From: Bdellovibrionota bacterium
GTDB taxonomy: Bacteria; Bdellovibrionota_C; UBA2361; CALJRW01
Reading direction: 5' to 3'
Assembly (NCBI GenBank): GCA_041740355.1
Contig: JBGSMD010000013.1
Coordinates: forward strand, 1-64,000
DNA length: 64,000 nucleotides
Of this stretch, positions 40,039 through 50,382 are shown one piece after another. Position 1 is the first letter of the stretch, and each line of letters starts with the position of its first letter. The notes under the pieces are model-generated. The model saw nothing but the letters and a program-made list of their open reading frames with translations, searched no databases and was not told the DNA's origin. The position numbers were made by a program, and so were the translations under genes.

Positions 40039-40161
40039 GCGTTTAGCTTTTGGCAGATCTCGAATGAAAAATTTTGGCAAAATACTCGCTGTACTAAAAG
40101 TACACCTGCGTTTTTTACCAAAAATTTTAATTCGACCTCTACTCAAAATCTAAACGCTTAA
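40035..40161. repeat. Long imperfect palindromic element
   Basis: Perfect 12-bp terminal IR TTAAGCGTTTAG/CTAAACGCTTAA, inner arms pair throughout, apex TGTACTAAAAGTACA. A decayed second copy lies at about 40172-40311. Confidence 0.85.
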
Positions 40162-40309
40162 ATTCCTAGCACTGAGCAGAATTCGAATGATAAAGTTTAG
40201 CAAAACACTTCATCCGTCGCCTAGGCTATGGGTGATAGACAGCGGGAGTAAAAGTACACCTGCCTTTTTACCAAAGTTTAAATTTTACATATAAACAAAA
40301 TCTAAACCC

Positions 40310-41653
40310 TTATTGTAATTGTTTTGGGCTAGTTTTTAAAATAAACCAACCTACTACTCCAGCAATAAGTGATGCTATTAGAATGCCCAGCTTGGCAACG
40401 GCTAGAGTTTCAGGATTATCTCCAAAGACTAGGCTAGAAATAAAAATTGACATCGTAAATCCAATCCCTGCTAACCAACTAGCCCCGTATATTTGTCGCC
40501 AAGTTACTCCTGATGGAAGAGTTGTTAATTTTAATTGAATTCCTAACCATATAAATAGAGTAATGCCCACTTGTTTTCCAATAATCAATCCCAAAGCAAT
40601 CCCCAAGCTTACGGGGCTAGTAATAATAGTAGTGAAATCACCGTGAAATGAAACCCCAGCATTAGCTAATGCAAACAGAGGCATGATAAAAAAACTAACC
40701 CAAGGTAGTAGTGTGTGTTCCAGTCTTTGGAGAGGCGCTTCGGCAGCGTAACAACTATGTTGTAGTCCCTCGATGGCAGCTTGTTGTTTTTCATTCAAAA
40801 TAACTTCAGCTTTAATGTTAGTAGATTCAAATTGATCGATTAATCCACGGCTTGTTTCAACAAATTCCTTGGCATCAATCCTAGAGCGAGAAGGGATTGT
40901 AAATGCTAGTAATACTCCTGCAATGGTGGCGTGAACTCCTGATTTAAGAAATAAAAACCATAAGATGATTCCAAGAATCGCATAAATTTTTGCGTGACGA
41001 AAACCAAGTCGATTAGCACTAATCAGTATTCCAATGACAAGAATCGCATAAAATAAATTAATCCAATTTATTTCGTTGGTATAAAACAAGGCAATCACCA
41101 AAACGGCACCAAGATCATCAACAATTGCTAATGCTGTTAGAAAAACTTTTAGTGCTAATGGAATTTTATTGCCCAGTAAAGCAAGTATTCCTAGAGCAAA
41201 GGCGATGTCTGTCGCCATTGGTATTCCCCAGCCAGCAGCTGATGGTTGGTTATAGTTAAAAAGTATATAGATTAAAGCTGGGACAATCATTCCTCCAATT
41301 GCGGCAATGAATGGTAGTGTTGCCTGTTTAATGGTGGATAGTTCTCCTGATAATATTTCACGCTTAATTTCTAAACCAACTAGAAAGAAAAAGATCGCCA
41401 TTAGTCCATCATCAATCCAATGTGCTAATGTTTTCGAGATACTTAAATCCCCAAGGCCAATGTTTAGTTTAGTATTCCAGAGTGTATGATACAAATCTTC
41501 CCAGGGTGAATTCGCCCAACATAGAGCAACCACTGTGCATAGTAGTAATACAATTCCACTGGAGGTTTTTTGTCGCATGAATTCTTGAAAGGGGTGGATT
41601 AACTTATCAGCTACGAGAAGAATTTTTTTTGATTTTTTTTTAGTTTTATTCAT
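40310..41653 (-). CDS. nhaA: Na+/H+ antiporter NhaA
   Basis: WIDDGLMAIFFFLVGLEIKRE, GWGIPMATDIAF, LAIVDD, GIGFTMSIFI. Confidence 0.97.
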   Translation of the reverse strand: MNKTKKKSKKILLVADKLIHPFQEFMRQKTSSGIVLLLCTVVALCWANSPWEDLYHTLWNTKLNIGLGDLSISKTLAHWIDDGLMAIFFFLVGLEIKREILSGELSTIKQATLPFIAAIGGMIVPALIYILFNYNQPSAAGWGIPMATDIAFALGILALLGNKIPLALKVFLTALAIVDDLGAVLVIALFYTNEINWINLFYAILVIGILISANRLGFRHAKIYAILGIILWFLFLKSGVHATIAGVLLAFTIPSRSRIDAKEFVETSRGLIDQFESTNIKAEVILNEKQQAAIEGLQHSCYAAEAPLQRLEHTLLPWVSFFIMPLFALANAGVSFHGDFTTIITSPVSLGIALGLIIGKQVGITLFIWLGIQLKLTTLPSGVTWRQIYGASWLAGIGFTMSIFISSLVFGDNPETLAVAKLGILIASLIAGVVGWFILKTSPKQLQ

Positions 41654-41720
41654 CGTGTTTCAAATGCAGTGATGCTTTTATTCTAGGTTAGTTTGATTTA
41701 TAGCGACACGTAAAATTTAA

Positions 41721-41851
41721 AACCTGAGTTTTGGATAAGAATTCGTCTTGAGAAGGGGGAAGTAGTCGAAATTATTAAAAATTGCAGATTATTCAGAGCG
41801 ATTCGTACTAATTCAACTTTTGAAATAGAAAGCTTATCCAAAACTCAGGTT
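41721..41851. mobile_element. MITE with perfect TIRs and TAA duplication
   Basis: AACCTGAGTTTTGGATAAG / CTTATCCAAAACTCAGGTT, flanked by TAA at 41718-20 and 41852-54. Confidence 0.85.
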
Positions 41852-41943
41852 TAAAGTTACGAACACCTGAATAAATTCACTTTTAAGGAAATTAATATCG
41901 GCACAATAAATTACGGATATAACTGAATTAAATTTTTGCAGTT

Positions 41944-42175
41944 TATATAGTGAGTCCAATAAATAAATTACTTTAAATGATTAACGATTTTGCTTGAACT
42001 CACTATTAATGTTGTTTTTAGCTATGCAAACTTGGATATCCGCCGTAGCTTTTGCTTTGGCGTGACAAGAATCCAAGATTTGCATTAGCCGTAATGACTC
42101 TATTCAATTTACTAACCAGCCTTCGCTGAAGCTTCGGCTAGGCAGGCAGTAAATTATTTTTTGTCATTACTATAT
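41944..42175. mobile_element. Composite TATAGT-ended MITE containing REP-like hairpins
   Basis: Outer ends TATATAGTGAGTCCAATAAATAAATTACT / AGTAAATTATTTTTTGTCATTACTATATA, enclosing three internal self-complementary modules. Confidence 0.7.
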
Positions 42176-42567
42176 AAGTAATATTCAAGTTTTTAGAGGT
42201 GATTTTGAAGCAATTTTTTTAGTTTTTTAGTCATTCCAATAAGGAAAAATCATATAAATAAAAATTTAAATTTACAGCGGAATATTCAGTAATTGGTTCC
42301 AAAATGAGCCAGTATGATCAGCGTCATATTGATTGTAGCATGTTATTAACGGCATAATAGAACAGCTGGAAGTCACACTTGCAAAAAAATTAGTCATATC
42401 AATTAGTTATAAAAACTACTTAAGATATTAAATAACATAACCGAATATTTCGAATAATTTGTTTTATATCTAGCTAGATTGATTTAATTAGATGTAATAT
42501 ATCAGTCTTAAGTTGTAAGTTGTCGGGAATTCACCTGACTTTATGTTTTAATTTTTTTTGAGTAATC

Positions 42568-43233
42568 ATGAAAAGACTATTACTAGTATTATTAAGTTTA
42601 GGTTTCTTGGTTAGCAATGCGTCTGCTGACGGGTGTTTTCCAGGTGAACCTTGCTATTACAAAAAACCAGCTGCTCCAGTTCAAGCTAAGCCAGTAATGC
42701 CGGCTGTTGAAAAAGCAGAGCCAATTGCTATGGCACCAGTATCTTCTGATACATTTTACGTTTCTGTTGGCGCAGGCTGGGAGATTCGTGAGAAGGACGA
42801 AGAGATGTTAAACAGCGCTACGTATGATGTAAGATTTGGTGGCTACCATATCGCTGATCGTATATCTGCTGAAGTTGGATTTGGTTTCAGCCCAGATATC
42901 AGAAACAGAGAGTACCCAGGTGCAAACCGTTTTGCTTTAACAGAAGATAATTCTGCTATGAGATTCTTCGGTGATGTTATGTACCATCTTGAAGAAGATT
43001 CTAAAGGTGCAGAATTTGATCCTTATGCAGCATTAGGAATGGGTGTTAACATCTATGACGATGCTACATCAGAAGGTGATACTGCAATCTATGCTCAAAC
43101 AGGTGTTGGTGCGTTTTTCAACTTAACTCCAGAATGGTTTGTTAAGCCTGACTACCGTGTACAAATGGTTGGTGAGAACACAGAAGTTAACCACTTGGTG
43201 ACTTTATCAGTTGGTTACAAATTTGATATCTAA
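42568..43233 (+). CDS. Outer-membrane beta-barrel protein (OmpA-like transmembrane domain)
   Basis: Signal peptide, FDPYAALGMG, LSVGYKF, and biased codon usage typical of high expression. Confidence 0.85.
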   Translation: MKRLLLVLLSLGFLVSNASADGCFPGEPCYYKKPAAPVQAKPVMPAVEKAEPIAMAPVSSDTFYVSVGAGWEIREKDEEMLNSATYDVRFGGYHIADRISAEVGFGFSPDIRNREYPGANRFALTEDNSAMRFFGDVMYHLEEDSKGAEFDPYAALGMGVNIYDDATSEGDTAIYAQTGVGAFFNLTPEWFVKPDYRVQMVGENTEVNHLVTLSVGYKFDI

Positions 43234-43252
43234 TTTGTAAATCATCTATATT

Positions 43253-43294
43253 AAGTGGCATTCGGTAGGAAACTACTGGATGCCACTTTTTTTT
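43253..43294 (+). terminator. Rho-independent terminator
   Basis: AAGTGGCATTCGGTAG-GAAA-CTACTGGATGCCACTT followed by a T run. Confidence 0.9.
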
Positions 43295-43371
43295 GCACTT
43301 TTTTTAAAATGAAGAAAACAATATATTAGTTCCGTGATTTTGATAATGTATCTACGTCCAAAAGTAACATA

Positions 43372-44724
43372 ATGTTTAAGTACCTTATAGCAATTTATTG
43401 CTTCTTTTTTATATCCCTTACTAATACATCGGCTAGTCCCAAGAATATAATTATTTTTATAGGTGATGGCATGGGGATCAGTACTATCACTGCCGCACGT
43501 AAGTATAATCAAGAAATAAATCAAAAAGATAATCTGAGCTTTGAAAAATTTCCCTATTCGGCAATAGTCGACGTTAAATGTCATGATTATCTTGTTCCAG
43601 ATTCGGCGTGCACGGCTACTGCAATTGCTAGTGGTGTTTCTGCTAACTCAGGAGTTGTTGGACTTAATCAGGCGGTACGAAGAGGTAGCTTTGCTGGATT
43701 TAAAGAGGCACAAGCTAAGTCTTTACTTGCGTTAGCAGAAGAGAATAATTACTTAACCGGCTTAATCACAAATACGGCAATTACAGATGCAACTCCAGCT
43801 GCATTTTTTGGTCATTCTCCTGAACGCGAGTGGCAGTCCGATGCTGATTTACCCCTTCCAATTCGTAGTACCGAGTTTTCTGATTTGGCTAAACAGTTGA
43901 TTAAATTTACAGTTGGAGATGGAATAGACTTAATCATGGGTGGAGGTCGAGAAAAGTTTTTAAGCCAAGCTCATGTTGATCCTGAATATTCTCAATATTC
44001 TGGAGATAGAATTGATGGACAAAATTTATTAGAGCAATGGAGTTCCGTCAATCAGGGCTCTAGTTTTGTTTGGAATAAAGAGCAATTGCTGGAAATAGAT
44101 CCAAAAAAATCACTCAAACTATTAGGATTATTCGAGCCTGGTAATTTGGCTTTCGAAGCAAATCGAAACAAGGAAAGCGATCCATCTTTATCTGAAATGG
44201 TAGCTTGGAGTTTAGATTTTTTACAGAAAGAAGATTCACCAGGGTTCTTTTTGATGGTGGAAGCAGGTCGAATTGATCATGCGCACCATGATAATTTAGC
44301 AAAGTTAGCCTTGATTGAAACTCTGCAATTATCTGCGGCAATCGAAGTGGCATTAAAGAAAATTGATCTTGCTGAGACATTAATAATAGTAACTTCTGAT
44401 CATGGACATACTCTGGGAATTGTTGGTTATCCAAAAAATTCTGATAGTATTTTAGGGCAGGGATATGATGCTGATGCTTTCCCGGCAAAATATAGTTTTT
44501 TAAATTATTTGTCGGGACCTGGGGCAAGATATGCAGGTAATAAACAGAGTTTGCCGTCTAATGATATTCAATACCATCAAAATTCTTTAATTAATAGTCA
44601 ATCGGCCAAGCATTCTGGTGAGGATGTGGCACTTTATGCAACTGGTTCGGGGGCAGAAAATTTTCATGGCGCAATCAAGCAACGACAAATATTTCAGATC
44701 ATTAAAGAAATTGCCAAGTATTAA
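43372..44724 (+). CDS. phoA: Alkaline phosphatase
   Basis: IFIGDGMG, VPDSACTATA, EAGRIDHAHH, VTSDHGH, HSGEDV. Confidence 0.95.
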   Translation: MFKYLIAIYCFFFISLTNTSASPKNIIIFIGDGMGISTITAARKYNQEINQKDNLSFEKFPYSAIVDVKCHDYLVPDSACTATAIASGVSANSGVVGLNQAVRRGSFAGFKEAQAKSLLALAEENNYLTGLITNTAITDATPAAFFGHSPEREWQSDADLPLPIRSTEFSDLAKQLIKFTVGDGIDLIMGGGREKFLSQAHVDPEYSQYSGDRIDGQNLLEQWSSVNQGSSFVWNKEQLLEIDPKKSLKLLGLFEPGNLAFEANRNKESDPSLSEMVAWSLDFLQKEDSPGFFLMVEAGRIDHAHHDNLAKLALIETLQLSAAIEVALKKIDLAETLIIVTSDHGHTLGIVGYPKNSDSILGQGYDADAFPAKYSFLNYLSGPGARYAGNKQSLPSNDIQYHQNSLINSQSAKHSGEDVALYATGSGAENFHGAIKQRQIFQIIKEIAKY

Positions 44725-44747
44725 ATATCTGTTTAGCCCAAGCTATA

Positions 44748-45143
44748 TTAGGTTTTAGTAATTATAAATCCACAGTAAGTCATTAATATTCCCAGTGTAA
44801 CAGACAAGGTAATATAACTTAGAGCCAGTAATATTTTACCTTCAATAATTAACACTACATTTTCTGCCGTAAAACTAGAGAAGGTTGTAAATCCTCCAAG
44901 AGTTCCAATCATCATAAAAGATGTCCAATTAGAGGGTTGAAAATTAGGACTTAAGGTCTTTGATAAAAAACAGCCAATAACGAAGCAACCAATTAGGTTA
45001 ATACTTAGCGTAGCAACTGGTAATGCAGGTAATGTCTTAAAATAGGATTTCTCAAGTAAATAGCATAGATAGCGCACTACGGAACCTAATGCTCCACCTA
45101 ATCCTACAAATAATATGTGTAATATGTTCAATTGCATCGTCAT
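44748..45143 (-). CDS. crcB: Fluoride channel CrcB/FluC
   Basis: GGALGSVVRY, INLIGCF, GTLGGFTTFSSF. Start at ATG 45143 preferred because the longer ORF overlaps glyA. Confidence 0.93.
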   Translation of the reverse strand: MTMQLNILHILFVGLGGALGSVVRYLCYLLEKSYFKTLPALPVATLSINLIGCFVIGCFLSKTLSPNFQPSNWTSFMMIGTLGGFTTFSSFTAENVVLIIEGKILLALSYITLSVTLGILMTYCGFIITKT

Positions 45144-45227
45144 GTAAGATACTCCCTGAAAGCTTGATTTCACAAGTAAAAAAGTATAGTTTTTCTTTAC
45201 TTTTTTTGATTTTAATAGGACTAACTT

Positions 45228-46493
45228 ATGCATCCCAAGTGTCTAGAACTTCTTCAGCTAAATGATCCCGATATTTATAACGCAATAAAAGGTGAAGAAC
45301 AGCGAGAGAAGGATGGGATAGAATTGATTCCGTCTGAAAATTATGTTTTTCCGGAAGTTTTTGCAGCAAATGGATCAATTTTTACTAATAAATATGCTGA
45401 AGGTTATCCAGGTCGCCGTTATTATGGTGGACAAGAATACACTGATGTTATTGAAAGCTTGGCAATTGAAAGAGCTAAGCAAGCTTTTGGAGCAGAGCAT
45501 GCCAACGTGCAAGCGCTTTCTGGTTCTCCAATGAACCAAGCAGCATACTTAGCATTCCTAAAACCAGGTGACACCGTACTAGGTATGGATCTTTCTCATG
45601 GCGGACACTTAACTCATGGAGCTCCAGTTTCTCACATGGGGAAAATATTCAATTTTGTTCGTTATAAAACGGATCCACAGAATGAAGGTAAAATTGATTT
45701 TGATGACTTAATGAGAGTTGCGAAGGAACATCGTCCAAAAATTGTACTTTGTGGTTATACTTCTTACCCGCGTGATTTAGATTATGCTGATTTCAAAAAG
45801 GTAGCAGATGAAGTTGGAGCAATTACCATGGCGGATGTTTCACACATTGGTGGATGGATTGCAGCTGGAGAGATGAGAAACCCACTAAAATATGGTTTTG
45901 ATATTGTCACTACAACAGTTCATAAGTCGATGCGTGGACCTAGAGCAGGACTTATCCTTTGTAAAGAAAAGTTTGCCAAAGACATTGATAAATCAGTATT
46001 TCCTGGATTGCAAGGTGGGCCTCACATGCAAACAGTAGCAGCAATTGCCGTAACAATGAAGAAGGTTTTAGAGCCTGAGTTTAAAGTTTATGCTAAGCAA
46101 GTACTAGCTAACTCTAAAGCTCTTGCTAAAGAATTAATGGATCATGACTGTGAATTGATTACTGGTGGCACTGATAATCACATGATGGTTGCAAATACTT
46201 CTTCTAGTTATGGTCTTAATGGAACGGAAGCTGAGCATTTGTTAGATGAAGTAAACATTACTTGTAATAAGCAAATTATACCTGACGATCCTAATCCGCC
46301 TTTAAGACCAAGTGGTATTCGTTTGGGAACACCAGCTGCAACAAGTCGTGGAATGAAAGAGCAGGAAATGAAACAATTAGCGAATTGGATTGTTACAACT
46401 CTTAAAGAAAGCAAAGATGCTGATAAGCTTATCAAGATTAAAGCGGAAGTTAAAGAGTTCTGCCAAGCATATCCTGTTCCTGGTTTATATTAA
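45228..46493 (+). CDS. glyA: Serine hydroxymethyltransferase
   Basis: ELIPSENY, NKYAEGYPGRRYYGG, GGHLTHG, TTTVHKSMRGPR. Confidence 0.98.
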   Translation: MHPKCLELLQLNDPDIYNAIKGEEQREKDGIELIPSENYVFPEVFAANGSIFTNKYAEGYPGRRYYGGQEYTDVIESLAIERAKQAFGAEHANVQALSGSPMNQAAYLAFLKPGDTVLGMDLSHGGHLTHGAPVSHMGKIFNFVRYKTDPQNEGKIDFDDLMRVAKEHRPKIVLCGYTSYPRDLDYADFKKVADEVGAITMADVSHIGGWIAAGEMRNPLKYGFDIVTTTVHKSMRGPRAGLILCKEKFAKDIDKSVFPGLQGGPHMQTVAAIAVTMKKVLEPEFKVYAKQVLANSKALAKELMDHDCELITGGTDNHMMVANTSSSYGLNGTEAEHLLDEVNITCNKQIIPDDPNPPLRPSGIRLGTPAATSRGMKEQEMKQLANWIVTTLKESKDADKLIKIKAEVKEFCQAYPVPGLY

Positions 46494-46567
46494 TGTTGTT
46501 TTCATTAAAATTGACTAGAATTAGTAGACAGATCTTGCGGTAGGTAACTGCTGATTTACTAAAAAAC

Positions 46568-46597
46568 TTCTATCCTAGTATTTTTACTAGGATAGAA
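46568..46597. terminator. Perfect hairpin between glyA and mutM
   Basis: TTCTATCCTAGTA-TTTT-TACTAGGATAGAA, a 13-bp stem. Function (terminator or attenuator) is uncertain. Confidence 0.5.
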
Positions 46598-46613
46598 CTC
46601 CTTGAGTACCATC

Positions 46614-47432
46614 ATGCCAGAACTTCCTGAAGTTGAAACCGTAGTTAGAAGTATCAGGCCCAAACTTGAAAACAAGTCAATTCAGGACTGTCAGATCTAC
46701 AATAATTATTCTCGAATTATTCTTCACTCTTCATTTCTAACTTTTCAAAACAAGATCCTAGGCAAAAAAATTATTCAGGTAACGCGCCGCGCAAAATATA
46801 TTGTTATTCATTTAAGTGAAGGTTATTTAATTTTTCATTTACGGATGACTGGGCAGTTTTATTTTGATTCAATTGCTCCTAAGCACGCAACATTTTCACT
46901 TAGCCTGAGTCAAGGGAAAATGCATTTTGTTGATACCAGAAAATTTGGAACTGTAGAGTATCATCCGACATTAGATGTCTTAGAAAAGAAATTGGGACCT
47001 GAGCCACTTTCTAAGGATTTTAAATTAGCTCCCTTTCAAATTGCATTAAGTAAATCTGCAAAAAATATTAAAGCTTATTTATTAGATCAATCAAAAGTTG
47101 CAGGTCTCGGAAATATTTATGTGGATGAAGTACTGTGGCAGGCGAAGATCCATCCCGCTACGAAAGCAAATGAAATCTCCAAACTGCAAACTTTGGAGTT
47201 ATTTAAAGCAATCCCCCAAATTTTGAAGTATAGTATTAAGCACCAAGGGACTACGTTTATTAATTTTTATTTTGAAGAATCTAAAAGCGGTAATTTTCAA
47301 AATATGTTAAAAGTATTTAATAAAGCAGGGGAGCCATGTCCTCGTTGTTCTAAGGAAATTATAAAAATTAAATTTGCTGGTCGTGGGACACATCTTTGTC
47401 CTAAGTGTCAAAAAAATAAGGGTAACAGATAA
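46614..47432 (+). CDS. mutM: Formamidopyrimidine-DNA glycosylase
   Basis: MPELPEVET, HLRMTG, GLGNIYVDE, C-terminal zinc finger. Confidence 0.97.
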   Translation: MPELPEVETVVRSIRPKLENKSIQDCQIYNNYSRIILHSSFLTFQNKILGKKIIQVTRRAKYIVIHLSEGYLIFHLRMTGQFYFDSIAPKHATFSLSLSQGKMHFVDTRKFGTVEYHPTLDVLEKKLGPEPLSKDFKLAPFQIALSKSAKNIKAYLLDQSKVAGLGNIYVDEVLWQAKIHPATKANEISKLQTLELFKAIPQILKYSIKHQGTTFINFYFEESKSGNFQNMLKVFNKAGEPCPRCSKEIIKIKFAGRGTHLCPKCQKNKGNR

Positions 47433-48052
47433 TGTTTACAGGTATTATTCAAGGTAGTTTTTCGGTATCAGAACTAGAAAAAAAAGTTGGTCAGACTATT
47501 TTTGCTGTGAGTTTAAGCACCGAACTTCTATTAGGGCTTAAGCTTGGGGCAAGTGTCTGTGTTAATGGAGTTTGCCTTACGGTTTCTAGGATAAATGGAA
47601 ATAATGTATATTTTGATGTGATTGCAGAGACTTTAAATGTTACTACTCTCAAATTTTTAAAGCTTAATGACAAACTAAACATAGAGCGCTCACTAAAGTT
47701 TGGAGATGAGTTAGGTGGGCATATCGTATCTGGTCATGTAGATACGACAGTCAAGATTATTAATATTCAGCAACCAAAAAATAATTATATTTTAACGCTC
47801 CAAGCTAATAGTCAATTTATGGAGTATCTTTTACCAAAAGGTTATGTAGGATTGCATGGCGCAAGTCTAACAATTATTGCACCAGATCTAATAAATAATA
47901 CGTTTCAAGTTAGTCTAATCCCTGAAACTCTTCGTCTAACTAACTTAACAGGCTATCAGGTTGGGGAAGAATTGAACTTAGAGATCGATCGTCAAACTCA
48001 AGCCATTGTATCTACTGTCAAAGCTTATCTTGGTAGGATTGATCAACAGTAG
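47432..48052 (+). CDS. ribE: Riboflavin synthase (alpha chain)
   Basis: MFTGII, NGVCLTV, GGHIVSGHVD. Confidence 0.96.
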   Translation: MFTGIIQGSFSVSELEKKVGQTIFAVSLSTELLLGLKLGASVCVNGVCLTVSRINGNNVYFDVIAETLNVTTLKFLKLNDKLNIERSLKFGDELGGHIVSGHVDTTVKIINIQQPKNNYILTLQANSQFMEYLLPKGYVGLHGASLTIIAPDLINNTFQVSLIPETLRLTNLTGYQVGEELNLEIDRQTQAIVSTVKAYLGRIDQQ

Positions 48053-48512
48053 TTGTGTCCGGTATTCGATTTCTTTCAATCTCTTTACGTAGTCTTTCAA
48101 AAACAAATGAAACATCATCTTTCATTAGTCCTATACCACCATTTAACAAGGCTACAATCAGTCGTGCGATTATACCAAAAATTAAGATTCCAACTATTAA
48201 TGCTGAAATTAATAACATGTTTTTAGGAACTTCTATTATTGTTTCTACTGGTGTTGCTTGATCTTTTGTTGGAATTGTCAGCCTTAATGAGCGACTAGCA
48301 CCATCTTCTGGGACAATCTGTTTGATAAAACTATTATCTGCTAAATTAACATCTCCTTTGATTGCACTAATTCCAAACATTGCAATGGACATTCCAGTGT
48401 AAAGTGCAATTAGCACTAACCCAAGGCCAAAAGCTTTTTTAAATGTTTGATAGCCGCCTGAAATTGGATTCTCAAAGCTAATATTTTTTTTACGTGAGTT
48501 GTCTTTTATCAT
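48018..48512 (-). CDS. Hypothetical two-TM membrane protein
   Basis: 164-aa ORF with two hydrophobic segments. Confidence 0.7.
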   Translation of the reverse strand: MIKDNSRKKNISFENPISGGYQTFKKAFGLGLVLIALYTGMSIAMFGISAIKGDVNLADNSFIKQIVPEDGASRSLRLTIPTKDQATPVETIIEVPKNMLLISALIVGILIFGIIARLIVALLNGGIGLMKDDVSFVFERLRKEIERNRIPDTTTVDQSYQDKL

Positions 48513-49020
48513 TTAAGTTAGCTTTAAAATAAAGAAATTAATTATTGACTTCTCACCGTAGCTTGGTCTGACCATTGTGAATCTATGTTAAGGTATGATT
48601 TGAATATAAACTAGCTTACAGTCTTTAAACATAGAGAAAGTATTAAATTCTGAGTCTATTGTCATTCCCCAAAGCAAACCCGATTAGGAAATTGAGATTT
48701 AATAGCTTTGACTATACTAGCGACCACGGAGTTAAACCTCAGATATTTTAAAATCAGTTAGTAAGTTCTCTACACGTGAGACTACTTTTATTAATTGGCT
48801 AGTTACTCAACTAGTGTCATTTTTTGTACATTAGTTTTGGGTGTAATATTCTAAGCGATATTGAAAATTACTATTTCATTTTTTGTTGCCTAGTATATCA
48901 AGCATAAAGTGCTTGATATGACCCAAGGGGGGTTGCACAGCTATTTAGTCATATAAAGTAAGGTTAAATACTGGGGAAATAAAGATAGTAAAAACAGATA
49001 TGCGGAATAAAGCAATTCTT

Positions 49021-49065
49021 GTCTGCCGACTTATCCGCCGAAGCTTCAGCGTTGGTCAAAGCGGA
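49021..49065. repeat. REP-like CCGCCGAAGCTTCAGCG repeat
   Basis: Related copies at about 40212, 42038, 42119 and 55543. Confidence 0.7.
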
Positions 49066-49225
49066 GCTCAGGTGGAAGTTTTTTCTATGCCGTTCCATAA
49101 ATTCTAATTTGGGTTTTATTATAGATAAATCATTGTGGTTAGGCTTTCTTATTCAAAATTGGAAAATAAGTCACTTCACTGGTATAAGTAAAGAATTAAT
49201 TTTCAAAGCCATTTAGGATGTTATT

Positions 49226-49864
49226 ATGTTAGAAGCTTCTTTTCCCCAATTTTCAACCATGATTAATGATTATCTTTGGCTAATTATTCCCGTAATAAGT
49301 GCACTGATTGGTTGGTTCACGAATTGGCTTGCCGTAAAAATGTTATTTAGACCCCGAATTGCTATTAGTTTTCTAGGTTTGAAAATTCAAGGAGTATTTC
49401 CAAAGAGACAATTAGTACTTGCTGAGAAAATTTCTCATGTTGTTTCAAATGAGCTCCTCAGCTCGCAAGATTTAAAATTAAAACTGGAGCAGACTGTTGA
49501 TGCATTAGATTTTCGTCAGGTAATTGTATCAGAAATCGATAATATCATCACTAACAAATTGCCAGTAGCAATCCCAATGCTTGGTATGTTTTTAAATAAT
49601 GAGTTGGCTGAAACAATAAAAAAACTAATTGCAAATGAGCTAGAAGAATCAGTCGCTAATACTATTGGAAAAATTTCTACTCAGATGGAAGCAAGCCTAG
49701 ATATTCGCCAAACTGTCTATGATAAAGTAGCAAATTTTTCTTCCGAACGTTTAGAGCTGATTGTTTTATCTGTAATGCAACGAGAATTTAAGTTTATCGA
49801 AGTGATTGGTGGTCTGATTGGTTTGTTAATTGGGATATTCCAAGTAGTTTTAGTTAATTTATAA
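49226..49864 (+). CDS. DUF445 membrane protein
   Basis: IGWFTNWLAVKMLFRP, QGVFPKRQ, EFKFIEVIGGLIG. Confidence 0.92.
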   Translation: MLEASFPQFSTMINDYLWLIIPVISALIGWFTNWLAVKMLFRPRIAISFLGLKIQGVFPKRQLVLAEKISHVVSNELLSSQDLKLKLEQTVDALDFRQVIVSEIDNIITNKLPVAIPMLGMFLNNELAETIKKLIANELEESVANTIGKISTQMEASLDIRQTVYDKVANFSSERLELIVLSVMQREFKFIEVIGGLIGLLIGIFQVVLVNL

Positions 49865-50280
49865 TGATTACAACTCTTAAAATTAAAACTAATCGTCAGG
49901 GCTTATTAGAAATAACAGATCAAGTTGTAAATCTAATTAACCAAAGTGAATTTCTAAATGGCTTGTGTACTTTGTATATTCAACACACTTCTGCTAGCCT
50001 AACCATCCAAGAAAATGCTGATTCTTTAGCACGAAATGATTTGGAGACTTGGATTAATCGTTTGGTTCCCGAAAACGATCCACATTACACTCATACTTAT
50101 GAGGGAGCTGATGATATGCCAGCACATCTAAAATCAGTAATTACCAATACCAGTTTAACAGTTCCTGTGATGCAAGGAAATTTGATGCTTGGTCAGTGGC
50201 AGGGGATTTACCTTTGGGAGCATCGTCACAAAGGTACGTTAAGAAATGTTGTTATAGTATTACAAAGTATTGAAGCGTGA
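49864..50280 (+). CDS. yjbQ: YjbQ/UPF0047-family protein
   Basis: HTSASLTIQENAD, EGADDMPAHLK, LGQWQGIYLWEHR. Confidence 0.93.
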   Translation: MITTLKIKTNRQGLLEITDQVVNLINQSEFLNGLCTLYIQHTSASLTIQENADSLARNDLETWINRLVPENDPHYTHTYEGADDMPAHLKSVITNTSLTVPVMQGNLMLGQWQGIYLWEHRHKGTLRNVVIVLQSIEA

Positions 50281-50382
50281 AGCGACGAGAGTGTCGCCTC
50301 ACTATATTTATCCAGTAAGCAACATTTTAAAAATAGGGAAAGTAGTTAATCCAATTATAACTTGAAATGTAACTATTATGTT

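Noticed and set aside
45144-45227. Fluoride riboswitch before crcB, or ZTP riboswitch before glyA
   Set aside because: The 84-bp AT-rich gap shows no matching consensus.
48763-48775. 13-bp match TAAGTTCTCTACA to the IS110 left end
   Set aside because: Too short, and it lacks the terminal TAGCAA.
49019-49216. 65-aa ORF MSADLSAEASALVKAE...
   Set aside because: It is a translation of the REP-like repeat.
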